DNA of 64,000 nt from Chrysomallon squamiferum (taxonomy: Eukaryota > Animalia > Mollusca). The stretch is taken from positions 14,570,001 to 14,634,000 of the forward strand of contig CM022669.1 of assembly GCA_012295275.1 (NCBI GenBank), written 5' to 3'. Positions within the stretch are counted from its first letter, which is position 1, and every line of letters starts with the position of its first letter. The notes beneath the pieces were generated by a model, which had not been told where the DNA came from, ran no database searches, and was given only the letters and a program-made list of their open reading frames with translations. Positions 37,301 to 50,870 of the stretch are shown here, piece after piece. A program made the translations under genes and the position numbers.

Positions 37301-40300
37301 TACTGGCAAGAATGGGAAATAAACACAGCAGAGGACTGATCATGCGACTAATGACAAACAGTGTGGATACAAAGAAGAAAAGTGAAGGAAGGTTTGGTGT
37401 ACCTTCTTGTGAGCAGAATTCTGTGAAATGTTCTCGGAGAAGACTCCTGAGATCTCTGTCCAGCTTTGAATTGTCAAACAGTGGAGAAAGTGACCTGAAT
37501 CAAAAATAATAAATAAATAAATTAGTAAAATAATAATTATAACTATAAAATACATAATATTGCTGAAAGTGGTCTGCTTTGTTTGAGATACAAATATGCA
37601 CTTCTCAGCAAATGCATGCACAACACACACACAAACATATGCATCAAGACACAAAACACAGACACCCACAATACACATATATACTCACAAACACATACTT
37701 ATCTTCACACACACAGCCACATACATGCACAAACAACACACATATCATACTCACACAGACACACACACACACACGTACTGAAAGAAGAAGTAAATAAAAA
37801 TAACTTACGGTAAGACTCGTTTGTCTCTGATTGTTTTTAATGAGGTGTAGATTCCCTGTTTCACTTGAGCTGAGAACATTGAACAGTAGTTCACCATTAT
37901 CTACAAAACAAAAATTAAACCAGATTCCAATTAAAGAGAAGAAAAATCTTTCTAATAGATGGTTTTACTTTGAACCAAGCGAACTGGACTAAATTTTCAA
38001 AATCTCTTTGGTGTACAGTTAAAAAAACACACCAAACAAACAAGACCAACAACAACATAGTTCAAAATTAAAACAAATTAAAATAATAATAATCAGAATA
38101 ATAATAAGAATAAGAATAAAAATAAATATTTAAAAATAAATATGAAGATTAACAGAACAGTTATTAATTGTCGAATAAATATAATCAGATTAAGTCTCAT
38201 CCAAATTCATTCTAAATCAGTTAAAAGTAGATATAGAGAGAGTTAAATGAGACCAAGAGAAAAAAAAAAAAAAAAAAATATGACAATGCCATATATAAAT
38301 TACAACAAAATGCAAGACAGCACTTACCCTGCAGAGAAAATCTAACAGAGTGGCAGTGATAGCTGGGTGTGGTCTCATTGAGTGATACATCACCAATATG
38401 GCAGGCTCTGTTACAAAACAAGAAATAAAAACAAATCATTAAAAGTTTAAAAGCAAACTAAAATAAGGTATATTAAAACTGAATATCTATTTCGAATATG
38501 AAAAGAATGCTAACATTGCTTCAAAAACATCAAGCTTTAGAACTGAAGAATAAAAATAAATAACAGACAGGATAAAAAAAATAACTCATATCTGAGATAA
38601 AAACTGATATAAATTGTTTTTATAATCTAGAAATTTTTAAAAATTAATATTAATTAATTTTTATTTTTTTTTTTTTTAAATCCAATACATTATAATCACC
38701 AATATGTTGATATATTTGTATTTATTACTGTAAGTAATACATTATCAAACAAATGATAATTATTTAAATGGAGAAAAATTTCTACACACCAATATTCATG
38801 ATGCTGTCTCTCTCAGGATCAAATAGCAGCCAGTCGTAAAATAAGGCCAACTTGGCATCTGATGCTGCAACATTTGACTAGAAAATAAAAATAAACACAT
38901 TTAAACACACAAAAATATACATGATGATACCGCATATCTGATTAAGACAATGACAACAAAATTTTCAATATTCCAAATGATGGAGATAATGCTGATGATA
39001 ATAATAATGACAATAATAATAATAATAATAATAATGATGATGGTAATTATTATTATTATTATTAAAATAACAACACCAACAATAACAATAATAATACTAA
39101 CTTAAAAACTCATGAGAAAAACTAAATAATATTTATATATTAATCACAAAAATAAATCATAAAATGTGTATAACATAATGATGATGAGAACAATGACAAT
39201 AACAATAATAATAATAATGATGATGACAATATAATAATAATAATAATAATAACAAAAATAATAATTTATAATTATTATTAAAATAACAACACCAACAACA
39301 ACAAAAATAATACTACCTTAAAAAACTTGCAAAAAAACCTAAATAATGATTATACATTAAACAACAACACAGAAACATATAATAAAATATACATAACACA
39401 GAACAAAAACAGAGAAAGTCGAATTGTGAAAAAAGAAAATTTGAAATACGCACTGTGCATGTTGTGAGCAGCCAGCCAATGACTGCCCACCTCGGAATGA
39501 TGTCAGAACAGAGGAGTTCGTTGGAGGGGTGGAACACAGCACAGATGTATCTGATTATATCACAGCGCAGTGACTGGCTCTCCGGTGTAGACAGATACTG
39601 TAGTTTTAAATACAAAATATATAAAACATTTCAGTGTACAAGGTCTCAGTAAACAAATAGTGTAATTTAAAATAAAAAATAAAACACGTTTCAATATACA
39701 AAGTCTCAGTGTTTTTAACGTAACTAAAAATGTAGCAAATTGGCTGGACTATTAATTGTATTTATTTGTGTTGTATATGAGTGAAAGCAGTATATATATT
39801 CAATTTGTTGGAAATGAATGGTGGTTTTTTTATCAGAAATAAAAATGCAATAATAATAAAGATGATAATGATAATGATAATGATAATCCATAATAATAAT
39901 AATAAAACAAAAACAAAAAAAAAAAAAAAAAACAGAAACAAAAGAAAAGAATGTAACTAATGACATTAAAAAAGAAATATATATTGTACAATCATAGCAA
40001 ACAAAGTTGCCATTATATATCTTTTTTGAAGTAATATATTTTTAGTAATTAAATTTAATTTAAAAAGTTTATTATATTAACTGCCATAATTATTAACCAA
40101 GTTATTTATGAATACACTGTATTTGTATTTTAACATAAGAGACATTCTCACCTGTCTTTGAAACCAATCTTGATATCTCTTCTGCTGCCCAAATTTAACC
40201 TAAAAATTAAATTTAAAGAAAATACTGGTTACTAATACAACTAGCAATAAATATAAAACTATTTTCAAACTTAAAATAAAGGATATTCAACAAACAAAAA

Positions 40301-43300
40301 TACAACATCAATAAATTTCAAATATCTGTAGATGACTCATATAGAGGTGATAACCTTGTTTTTAGTTCCTTTTCTGGCAAGTAGTTATTTGGTCAGTATA
40401 TATTTTATACAGCTAATTGATATGAAAATTGTCTGAAATACATAGAATTAATCTAAAGAAATAAATTATTTTAAAGACTTACTTTTGAAATGAGAAACAC
40501 TAGTTTGTTCTCCATGTCAGGTGTCAGACGTGAAACTAAAAACTTTCTTGATGTTCGTGTGTGTAGTAACTGTAATACTCCTTCATTAAAAAATAAAGAA
40601 ATATAAATATTAAACAAAAACAAAAAAAATATAATTAATCAAATATTTAATGATTTAGAACAAGATAACACATCTGAAACTTGTAAATCACTTTAACAAC
40701 AAAAATAATGACCTGACTTGTAACTATGTTTATTAAATATAATTATTTCTGATAGTTCTGTTTATATATTTATTACATTAAAAAAAAGAGAGAAATATCT
40801 AATTAAAGCCTTTAAGACCTAATTTCATTAATTAATAAACATTTTATCCTTACAACTATATAACTATATCTAATTTAGTAGACAAAAAACACACAATATA
40901 TTATGTATCTACTGGTACTGCATTGTTAAAAAACAAAAATATCATTTTATTGTCACTGTATCTGACTTTTAGCTAAATAAATAAAGTAAATATTTGTACC
41001 TGTAAAGGTGGGACTTAAAGCCGTTGGATTGTGTAGAATATCCTTCCAGAGTTTTTCAAATTCTGGTATCCTAGCAACATTCTGCAGCAAACGGATAAGG
41101 TCTCTACCAATGGTCATGCAGTCAACCCACTGAACAATATAAACAATAATACATTATTTTAAAATCTAATAATTACATTACCGATGGTAGTTAATAATCA
41201 AACTAGTAATAACATTTTTTTTTTTTGAATTAAAAACAAGAAAAAGAAAAATGAAATTATTATCATTTGGTGATGTTTGTCCAATTTAAAAACAAACACT
41301 GTATTCCGAAATGTAAAAAACAAATGATAGATGATAAAACACTTTTTTAAAAACTTGTTATTACTCTCTAATTTTATTCCATTAGTATTTTTTTATTAAA
41401 GTCAGTGCAAAAGAATCAAAAAAAAGAAAAGAAGAAAGAAATTTTAATTTTATCTTCAAAGATTTTTTGTAATAGAAATGCACAAATACATGTAACTGTA
41501 ATTTGTTTTAACTATTCAAAAACATCATCCTAAACAATTTATTTAAAGATAACCAACAATTTCCCACAGGACTGCACTTCACACGAACATTTCCGTAACA
41601 ATCTTTTCTTGAGATATTAACTTAATTATAACCGGTTATTGTAACTAGTGGTGATTTGAACTGTTATTTTACCTTTTCCTTGAGTATAGACATACACAGT
41701 TCAACTTCTCGTTGTCTCAGGTGAGAAAACATCTGAGCTCCGTGGTCAATGATGACTCTCAGGTAGGTATAAACCACAGTAGCAGCCAAGCTTCCATTCT
41801 TTTCTAACCAAGATCTGAAACGGTAATAAGTTTAAAATAGTAATATTTACGAGTAATATTTTTATGTTGGTTAGAATCCTATTTGCAATGATTATGGTCA
41901 CATCATTTTGCACATGTAAAGGATACATTAAAGTTTTATTTAGATTATATTCCATTCACTGTTGTTTTGTTGCTTTCTTAATAAAAGCCAGAATACTGAT
42001 GAATATACCTCAGCTAGAGAATATCTTAAAATCACAAAATATCTTAGTGATTCTTTGCTATTAATCAATGGTTGAATTCACACTAAATATAGCCCATGCT
42101 GTTTTCTTTTCTGGTTTCTTTAAACACCCCCCCCGATATTGATAAAGAAACTTCAACTGATGAATATTAAAAATAACATACAATTGGCTCAGTGTAATTA
42201 CGTGTTATTAATTTTTCACATCTAACATGAAGTTATGAACATATAAGATCATCAACATTTTAAGATAGTCTCTGTTTTTGCTGATGGAACTTGTTTGTTT
42301 TTTACTTACCTGTATTCCAGAAAAATGTCTAACATGTTTTCAGCAAGCCAAATATTCTTTGTAGTTACATCTCCTCCTGAGAAAAAATAAAGAAATATAT
42401 AAAATTATAAACTTTAGATTATAACCATTCAAAATGAAAAATTTTTTTAGAATGTTTAATGTACAATAAAATGTACAATATTAAAAAAACATTTTTATTT
42501 CATTTTAGATTATATATATAAAATTTAGTTTAAAATTTGTATTTAACACTAACCTGAAATCTGTCGAATCAACGACTGACATACACTGTCTGCACCCAAG
42601 ACATTATTACGAACAAGTTCTTTACAAAACCAAACAAGCTGAAAATAAAACATAAATAAAAAAAATTAGTTTTAAAGATTACAGGAATAATTTTACTAGA
42701 TAAATTTCTGACACATGACAAATAACGTAACAGCAAAATCTGAGTTTTGAGTTTTACAAAAAATTGTACATATTTCCAAAAATTAAAAGAAGAATTAAGA
42801 AAAATCACTATTTTTGTAATACTACTGGATGTGTCCCATTCGAAAATTAATCTGGTAAATAAAAAATTGGCTTAAGATTCACAATAACAAAAAACAAAGT
42901 AAATTTGAGTCATAATTCAAACTTGAATTATCTTTTGTAATAAACCAAAATATACTGACAAAATCATAAGCCGTGGAAACATATCTGCACAATAGATATT
43001 CACTTTCATCAATAAAAAAATAAAAGATGAATACTGAAAAACTAACAATTCCACATTGTTTGAGGAATTTAGATGTTTCATTATTCTATTACTGTGATAT
43101 TAATTCCTACCTGTGTTCGTGCTGCATCGTATATCCTCAGCCATTTCTCATAAATAATCTGATTAACTTTTGTGAGGACAATGTTGAGACCATCTCTTGT
43201 AATCAGTGTCATGTCCCTGTAGCTCTAAATATAAAATAATAATAAAATAATAATAATAATAATAATAATAAAAATAATAAATATTTAGATACTGGCAATT

Positions 43301-43353
43301 CAAGAATATTTCATTAATGGATTATTTTTATGAAATACTCTGAAATTTACATT

Positions 43354-43417
<64 letters not shown>

Positions 43418-45402
43418 ACATACACACACATATACTTTCAGTATAAATTTTATATATATAATGGTATTGCCATTCTAGTGTTCTAAATTGGCACTTAAAA
43501 GATTGAAGTAAAAATAGCCTATAAATTTATTTCCTTACAGAAATTTATCCTGTTCAAGGATTTCAAAACAGAATTAACTAATAAAATGTTATAATATCAA
43601 AAACAATTATATAAACTATAAATAGTATAATGCACTTTACATTCTCAAAATTAAGTTTACTGCACATTTTATGATTATTTGGAAAAATAATAAATAAATA
43701 AAAACATCAACAGGTTAACACCCAAATACTAAAACCAAGAACTGGACAAATGTATATTATAAGGATAATTACTGAACATTGGGATAACTTTCTATAAAAA
43801 TTTAAATATTAATGTAACTCACCTTGGCAGCTGCTTTAGGATCAACCAAAACAGAGAAGAGTAAACCCAACTGAACTTCTTCATGCTGAGCTAGTCCTTT
43901 AGAAACCTGAACAAAAATAATATCTGTGTTAATATCATTCTGAAGAATAATAATAATAATAAAAAATAAATATATAAAAAAAAATTACAATAAATAAAAC
44001 TACTAACACTACTAATAAATAAATATATATATAAATAATTTATAAATAAATAAATAAATAAAATACTAATAATAGATATGTGGATAAATTAATTTAAGTG
44101 ATTAAAAAGTACCATATAAAACACATCTTATTAAAACATTTTGTTGTAGAATGAACGTAACGATGAAATAAACGCACAAAATAAAAATGGAAGTTCAATA
44201 CAAAGAAACATTATACTCATTATTATTAGTTATTATTAAAATTATTTTTTAAATCTACTTTAAAATAAATATTGTATTACTGGAGAAATATTGCCTGAAT
44301 AAAAATACGTAATCTATCAAAACAGATATTATCGAAATACGAAAAAAACTAAATGAACAGCAAATAAGGATTACGTAATTCAAAACACAGTTTACATGCT
44401 TAAAACATGAATACACATCATTTGTTTTATGATCTTTCATCTGTGTAATCTGTCTTTAATGATGCGTTTGTTTTAAAAAGAAATATGTTGTTTATTATCA
44501 CAGATAAACTGACATGTGAATTCAAAACATCATTTGCTTCTCGTTCTGACAAGCCTGCTAGCATACTCTGCACTGTGTTGTAACATTTTTCCAACCGCTA
44601 AAAAAACAAAACAAAAAAACAATAGTAAATATAAAATATATATATAAACGTAATTGAAAATTAGCATATATTATAATACACTTTAATTAAATATTTCTAA
44701 GCTTGATTAATATGGTTTTTTTTTTTTTCCTATTATTACAAATGCCATATATATTCTTTGAAATAATTATATTTTAATATAATTGTTGCTATTAATATAT
44801 GAAAAAATTGTTTTAGATAATAATCTAAATATTAAAAACAGATAAATAAAACAAAATTTGGAAAAGAACAGAAGTTAACCTACTTCTGTCATGTCACTGA
44901 TTGATTGCTTTGTTCAGTGTTATTTCTACAATTAATAATATGTATGTATGTGTGTCTATGCACATAGATAATGGTATGTATGTATATATGTATCAGTAGA
45001 CACATGTGAAAATGTATGGGGTTTTATACAATAATAAGATGTATCTGTCTTCAAATTTTAGTTTAAAAAAGAAGACAGAAATTAATCATTATATTTATGA
45101 AGAAATGAAGTGTTGAATACATCATTACTGATTTTAAAAAAAATCACTTAAAGTTATGTCTGATTAGATATAGAACTAATAAATACACAATATAACAGTT
45201 AATGAAGTTAATCATTAAGATCATAAAGTAATGGCTGTTGACAAAAGTTAAACTGCAGTATAAACATTTTGATTTCTTTTTTTTCTTCTACATTTAAATT
45301 ATACTGGCTAAAATGCCTGCACAATGGTTGAATTACCTCTTCCAGTTCATCCTTAACTTCCAAAATATTAGTAGATACTAGTCTCGAACTGGTTCTCTCC
45401 AT
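26906..45402 (-). CDS. INTS3: Integrator complex subunit 3 (SOSS complex subunit A), complete, 32 coding exons, about 1021 aa
   Basis: Minus-strand exons 5'->3': 45402-45337, 44597-44514, 43906-43823, 43224-43111, 42638-42554, 42376-42310, 41814-41673, 41129-41000, 40580-40483, 40199-40152, 39597-39454, 38877-38790, 38407-38328, 37900-37809, 37494-37403, 36930-36769, 36304-36172, 35552-35495, 34927-34824, 34147-34103, 33516-33397, 32866-32773, 32363-32304, 32002-31934, 31612-31534, 30916-30803, 30532-30484, 30073-29903, 28956-28871, 28410-28338, 27720-27558, 26977-26906. All GT-AG, phases consistent, total 3066 nt. Recognised INTS3 motifs: [110 protein letters not shown], and C-terminal KPKAKKRKK...DSD*. 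Confidence 0.96.
27142..27586 (-). repeat. ~35-bp minisatellite (about 12 degenerate copies) derived from the INTS3 exon-31 3' end and donor
   Basis: Plus-strand unit aaacctacttcactgctatcagtcactgtcactat versus the real junction aaacatacctcactgctgggtgagtcactgtcactat (27550-27586). Confidence 0.88.
34960..35315 (-). repeat. Tandem array (4 copies, 85-105 bp period) of the INTS3 exon-19 acceptor plus first ~55 nt of the exon
   Basis: Exon-like starts at 35019, 35104, 35209 and 35303 resemble the real exon start at 34927 (acag|GAGGAGTTTGACACAGATATTGCTGCACCCCTG...CAGATT). Confidence 0.93.
35825..36176. repeat. Degenerate ~40-bp minisatellite abutting the INTS3 exon-17 donor
   Basis: Repeated aaagtaatttacatttcaatcacaaagtaacacatt-like units ending at the junction aaggtaacttacctttc. 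Confidence 0.65.
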
Positions 45403-46145
45403 TGCTTGTCCAGGAAATACTCACAAATTTACACCGTAACAAATATCACATTCACATTGTCAATAAAACTGATGGAAAATCGAACGCAAACAAAGCAAAG
45501 ACAAAAGTCAGTACTTCATAACTATATAACAAATAATCATTAACAACAAACAGGCTGTTTACTATGTATTAGTAAATGCAAGGCCTAAAGTCAACAATGC
45601 TGCTGTGAATATGACCTGGGACTGGGTCAAATGTTGAAATGGCAAAATGAAATGAACTTCAACTTGTTATGTACACGATAATAATGTGCATATATAAACT
45701 ACATTATTTTATGTAATAATATTAAATGAATTACATAAATATGTTGTTTAAAATGGTGTGTGTGGAATATGAACTCGTAGGGTATTGTTGATTACTTAAC
45801 ATACGCAATTTTACAACTTCTTGAAGAGCTGGTTTTCAACCAACTGAAAACAAGAGGGCATGGGCTGCCATAAAGCCGACAGATTGTCGTAAACTTAGGT
45901 ATAAAAATTTGTTATGAATGTATACTAGTTAATTAGTTGTATTTGCGATTTTACAAAATACTTCTAATAAATACACATTAGTTATATATTTCAATATAAA
46001 AAATAAAAATGAAAATTATTTATTAGAAATAATAATAATAAAGGTAATTCTAAAATGTAACATCACAGAAGGAACGAAAAAAGTATATTTGTTTATTACG
46101 ATATATTTTTCATCATAACAAATTTCATGCTTGTTTATTCAGTCC

Positions 46146-46212
<67 letters not shown>

Positions 46213-46275
46213 TTATAATATTGTTATACTTAAAATGGCAATAGTCCCATGAATTAATTTAAAAATACAGCCCAA

Positions 46276-46346
<71 letters not shown>

Positions 46347-46677
46347 CTTTATTATTTTCTTTATTATCTTTTTTAATCATTGTTTTCTTTCATTCGTTTT
46401 TCTTTTCTTTTCTTTTTATGTATAAGTAATACCGTTTTCTCTGTTCTGTTATGAATATATCATTACCCACAGTTTATTTTTCATTTAATAATATGACATA
46501 CATTTTTTGAAGAAATGAAGAAATAATATAATTTAATTTTTTTGTTTGAGAAATTGAGTATTTCAAAATTGTTAATGGGTGCTCAGTGGTAGAAGAAGGA
46601 ATTACACAGCTTGCATAACGAAAACGTTACGCTTTGAAGATTGTTTTCTGCAGACAACGGAGTAAGAGTGCATCGAA
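45403..46677. promoter_or_regulatory. Divergent (putative bidirectional) promoter region shared by INTS3 and PHAX
   Basis: 1275 bp between the two start codons. Contains YY1-like AAATGGC/GCCAT motifs, an everted nuclear-receptor repeat at 45612-45629, and (GA)n and (TAT)n tracts. Transcription start sites cannot be determined from sequence. Confidence 0.65.
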
Positions 46678-49564
46678 ATGTCGGATTTAGAAGATGGAGA
46701 AGTCGTTGATTCAGATTGTGAAGAGACTGTTGGAAAACAGTCCTCTGTAGTATGTAAAAAAAAGAAAGAAAAAAGATTAATAATAATAAAAAAATCAAGT
46801 CGTACCGCTTGTGTTATATATTATTTGTTTTGCATTTTATCAAAAATAAATTCTGACTTTTCTAAACTAATATTTAGTAATAATACAAAGCACATGCAGA
46901 AATATTATTACCCCGACGTTAAAAGTGTTACTAATGTTGACATGGAAATTAGATATTTATATAATATTGTCACATTATCTTTAAAAGCAAATATTTAACT
47001 TTTTAAGTATGTTACAAAAAGGTGCACAACTGATTTTTCTATACTATTTTAGTATTTAGCATAATGAAAATAGTCATTAACCACTAAAGTTATATAAATT
47101 GTGCCGTTTCTTTTTCACTGGAATTCGCTGTTGAAGTCTGCTGTAATGTTATTGGTGTTTTGTTTAAATCTTTTCCTTTCATTTTCTTGACTTTAGTTTT
47201 TAACAATTTTTTTTTTTTTTTTTTTTTTTTAATTTTTTTTTTTTTTTAATATCAGGTTGATTCGAAAAATCCATTCTCAGTCACTCATGATGCTGGAGCA
47301 TTTCATTCAGATCAAAAAGCAAACAGTTCTTCCACATCCTTCTTGGCAACAAAAGATTCAGTAACTTCATATCGAACTAACAGGTCCCGGATTCCCAGTG
47401 CCTCTGACGATGATTCGTACGAGACCAGTGATGAGGATTCTGTGATTTGGAATCGGAAACGTGCAAAGTATTTAGCCAAACATCGTCATACAGATATCCG
47501 TTGTAACTTGGTAATACCACCATTCAGGAACCCACTGACGTGTCACAACGGAAATGACAAAAACACCAAAAAGACGAACAATATCTGGAGTTCTGTGCTT
47601 GGTGAGCAGTGCTTGACTCAGGGAATGAAAAAGTTTGATGTAGAAAACAGTCTAACGAAAGACACGGGTGATAGAAATGTAGAGAGTTACGACTACACAA
47701 AGGCAGCTCATGATACACGATGTTTCCTCAAATCAAATGAAGATGACATGGATGATGATGATGATGACGATCCATTTGGTGGAGAAGTTGTTGACTTGGA
47801 GCCTAATGAAGGCTCAGGTGCAATTCAGAGTCGTAAAAGAAAACATGTGAAAACACGAATTGGGGAAAGGACTTTTGATAAATCTAAGTCAAGAAAACAT
47901 ATCAATGCAACAAAGGATGATTCCACTGAAAAAATAGTAGCTGCCCTTGTTGAACATTTACGAGAGCCAAAAGTCCAATTATTAAGTATGTTTTCTCATA
48001 ATTTAAACAGGTTTTTTTCTTCTTCTTAAAATTGCAGTTCTTTCATTTGATAAAAATCGCAATTATTGTAATAGTTTTCGATTTTTTAGAGCATAGATAC
48101 TTTACAATTACAGTATAAATTTATGCTTCTACAGCCATAAAAAAAAAAATATATATATATATTATTTTGGTAATGTTAAATATAATCTCACCGATTTTTG
48201 CCATTGGATTGATTTATCTATTTAAAAATATAGATATATAATATGTGCTGTATAAGATTAAATGGATACCCTGTTTTTACATAAAAGTGAAGACCTAAAG
48301 CACTTTATTTCCTGCATTTTCATAAACTTAAACAGTTCATTAAAAGTGTTACTAAATATTGCTACTTTCAGATCGAGTTGTTGAGGTTCTTGGTAAAGAA
48401 AAGACTCTTCATCTTCTGTATTTGACGGAGGATATAGAGGACTGTGGTGGAATGATGACTGTGGTAAGGTTCACATAGATAATCTCTTGCCTCTAACTCA
48501 AAATAAAGTTGTCTGTTCCATTACAGGTTTTCTCTCTCATTATCTTATATGGCCCTGTAATGATGAATTAAAAACATAACGAAGTCCATTGTTAAATAAA
48601 ACATCATCACATATGAAATAATTCAGAGAATTCAATAATTAAATTAAAAAAAAAAATACATTATTATTTTTTTAAATATATTTATTTATTATTATTATAT
48701 AGTTGTTTTTAACTGTTTATTTTATTTATTATCATCATTGTTATAATTATTTATTATTATTATAGCATTATTTACTGGGTTTTTTTGGTTTGCCACATCC
48801 TGTGAAACAACACATGAATCTATAATAAGGCAAATGTAAAATAAAAAAAAATAAAAATAAAAATTAATAACATGAGAACAATATTGTTTATAGTATTTTA
48901 TAAACCACATTTGAATTCAATCTTATATCCTGATGCATTAAAGTTTACTCAGTTTTCTTTCTTTTTTTAAATTTCTATGAATTTTTATCCATTATTATCT
49001 ATCATTAATTTGTATGAATATTGGTAACACAGTTATTACAGACTATCTGTTTCATGAACCATTTCAACACTTTGAATTTATTAGCTTTTTTTATTTTTAT
49101 TAATACTGGTTTTCTATTAAAGGATGGAAGTCGAAGAAGAACCAAAGGTGGTGTGTTTATTCAGCTTATAAAAAGTGATAAACACATTGAAAAGAAAGAT
49201 GTAAAAGAAATCTTTGCTGAAGAAGAAAAAGAACAAAAAAAGTTGTTGAAGTATGTATATAATTATTGGTGATAATTTTTGCAAGAGAAATTTGAGAAAG
49301 CAAGATTGATCCTAAAAAGTTCAGTAAACTTTGTTGTCAGAATTAAATTTTTTATTTTCCATTTTGTTAATATTAGTGTTATACAGCTATCAGTTAACAA
49401 ACATATTTAATTTTTTAATTATTTAGAAATGCTTAATTATGAACAAGATCATGTTAGCTGAAAATGTTGATGAATTATCTCCCTTGACTAGTAATCACCT
49501 TTTTTTTGCTTATACTAGGTTAATGTGGAAAAAAAAAATAACTGTCTATCTTAAATCATAGGAT

Positions 49565-49597
<33 letters not shown>

Positions 49598-49812
49598 CAT
49601 AATAATAATAATAATAGCAGAGAGAGAGAGAGAGAGACAGGCATGATTTCATAAAAGTTAAAAAGAATCAGTACCGTAGTGTTAGTAATTAATTAATGAC
49701 ATTAAAATGATTTGAGAAATGTAGTATGGTATACTTCAGATATATTTCCAGAAATAAAAAATTCTTAAATTTACTATTAGTATTAAAGTGATTAATTCCT
49801 AATTATTTATTT

Positions 49813-49843
<31 letters not shown>

Positions 49844-50198
49844 TTTCAGAGCTCTTGCCAAAAAACGCCGAAGACAGAAAAGGAGAAATAAGACTTCATC
49901 TCACACCAACTCGATGTCTGTCGACCAAGACCAAAACGTGCAGGACAATGAAACAAGTCGCAACTCAGGATGTGAAGACAGTGACGATGACAGCTGTGAC
50001 ATCGAAGAATCGTGCCCACCAAATTCAACAACCGGCAGCAACAACAGTCGCATTTCCAGAGAGAGTGGTGACGGAGCAAGCGACACAGGTTGTGCCGATG
50101 CGTCTGTGCCAACGGTAGTGAGTGCAGTGAATGTGGAAAACTTTCCTGAAGAAGACATGTTAGACATTATGCCAGGGGACGAAGAAACTATTGAATAG
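46678..50198 (+). CDS. PHAX: Phosphorylated adapter RNA export protein (snRNA export adaptor), complete, 5 coding exons, about 456 aa
   Basis: Exons 46678-46749 (MSDLEDGEVVDSD), 47256-47985 (NNIWSSVLGEQ, DRNVESYDY, LREPKVQLL), 48372-48463 (RVVEVLG...TEDIEDCGGMMTV), 49123-49250 (DGSRRRTKGGVFIQLIK...KEIF), 49850-50198. Phases consistent, 1371 nt. GG-M-x-x-x-D-G-S-RRR-T-x-GGVF is the PHAX RNA-binding-domain signature. Confidence 0.93.
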
Positions 50199-50713
50199 CA
50201 CCCTAGCTACGTGGACTAAACTACTCAAGAAGTGCTCATAACAGAGAAATAAATTAACGTATTGTTTTTGTGTGAAAAGGTTTCGTTTTGTGTAACTTCT
50301 TTTTTGTTTTTTTTTAAATGAGAAATATGTTGATGATTGATTGTCAGTATGATTAATATTGTTGTTGTTGTTATTATAGCATAACGCGCCATTTTGAATC
50401 GAAAATTTCTTTGGGGGTAATTTTGATTCTGCTGTGTATACAAAGATTAAAAGTTTGTTTGGTGTATTCAGATGTTTGCGTATTAGCTACAAAAAAAAAA
50501 ATGATATTTCATTTATTGTGATTTTGTTTTTAATTTATTATTTTTTTTTAAATGTTATTTGATAAAAGGATTAAAAATTTATGTTTTTTGTCAAAAATGA
50601 ACATTTCTAATATTGATTTTTTTTTATATTTTGTAATTATTTTTTTTTCTTTTCTTTTTTAAATTTTGTTTGTAATGTTCATCTGTAATATGTGTGTTCA
50701 TATTACTGGTACT

Positions 50714-50719
50714 AATAAA
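50714..50719 (+). terminator. Candidate PHAX polyadenylation signal
   Basis: AATAAA about 520 nt after the stop, followed by a GT/T-rich element (gatgttgtttttgttttttt). A more proximal AATAAA lies at 50248. Confidence 0.45.
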
Positions 50720-50837
50720 ATTTCAGAAGTGATGTTGTTTTTGTTTTTTTCAGTAATAACTGCAGTGAGGAGTATATGTTTGTATAAATTAACCACAAAA
50801 TAGATATTTTGAAATATAAAATATTAAAATAATAATA

Positions 50838-50870
<33 letters not shown>

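Noticed and set aside
38990-39330. Duplicated AT-rich block in INTS3 intron 11
   Set aside because: Low-complexity local duplication that does not include a splice junction.
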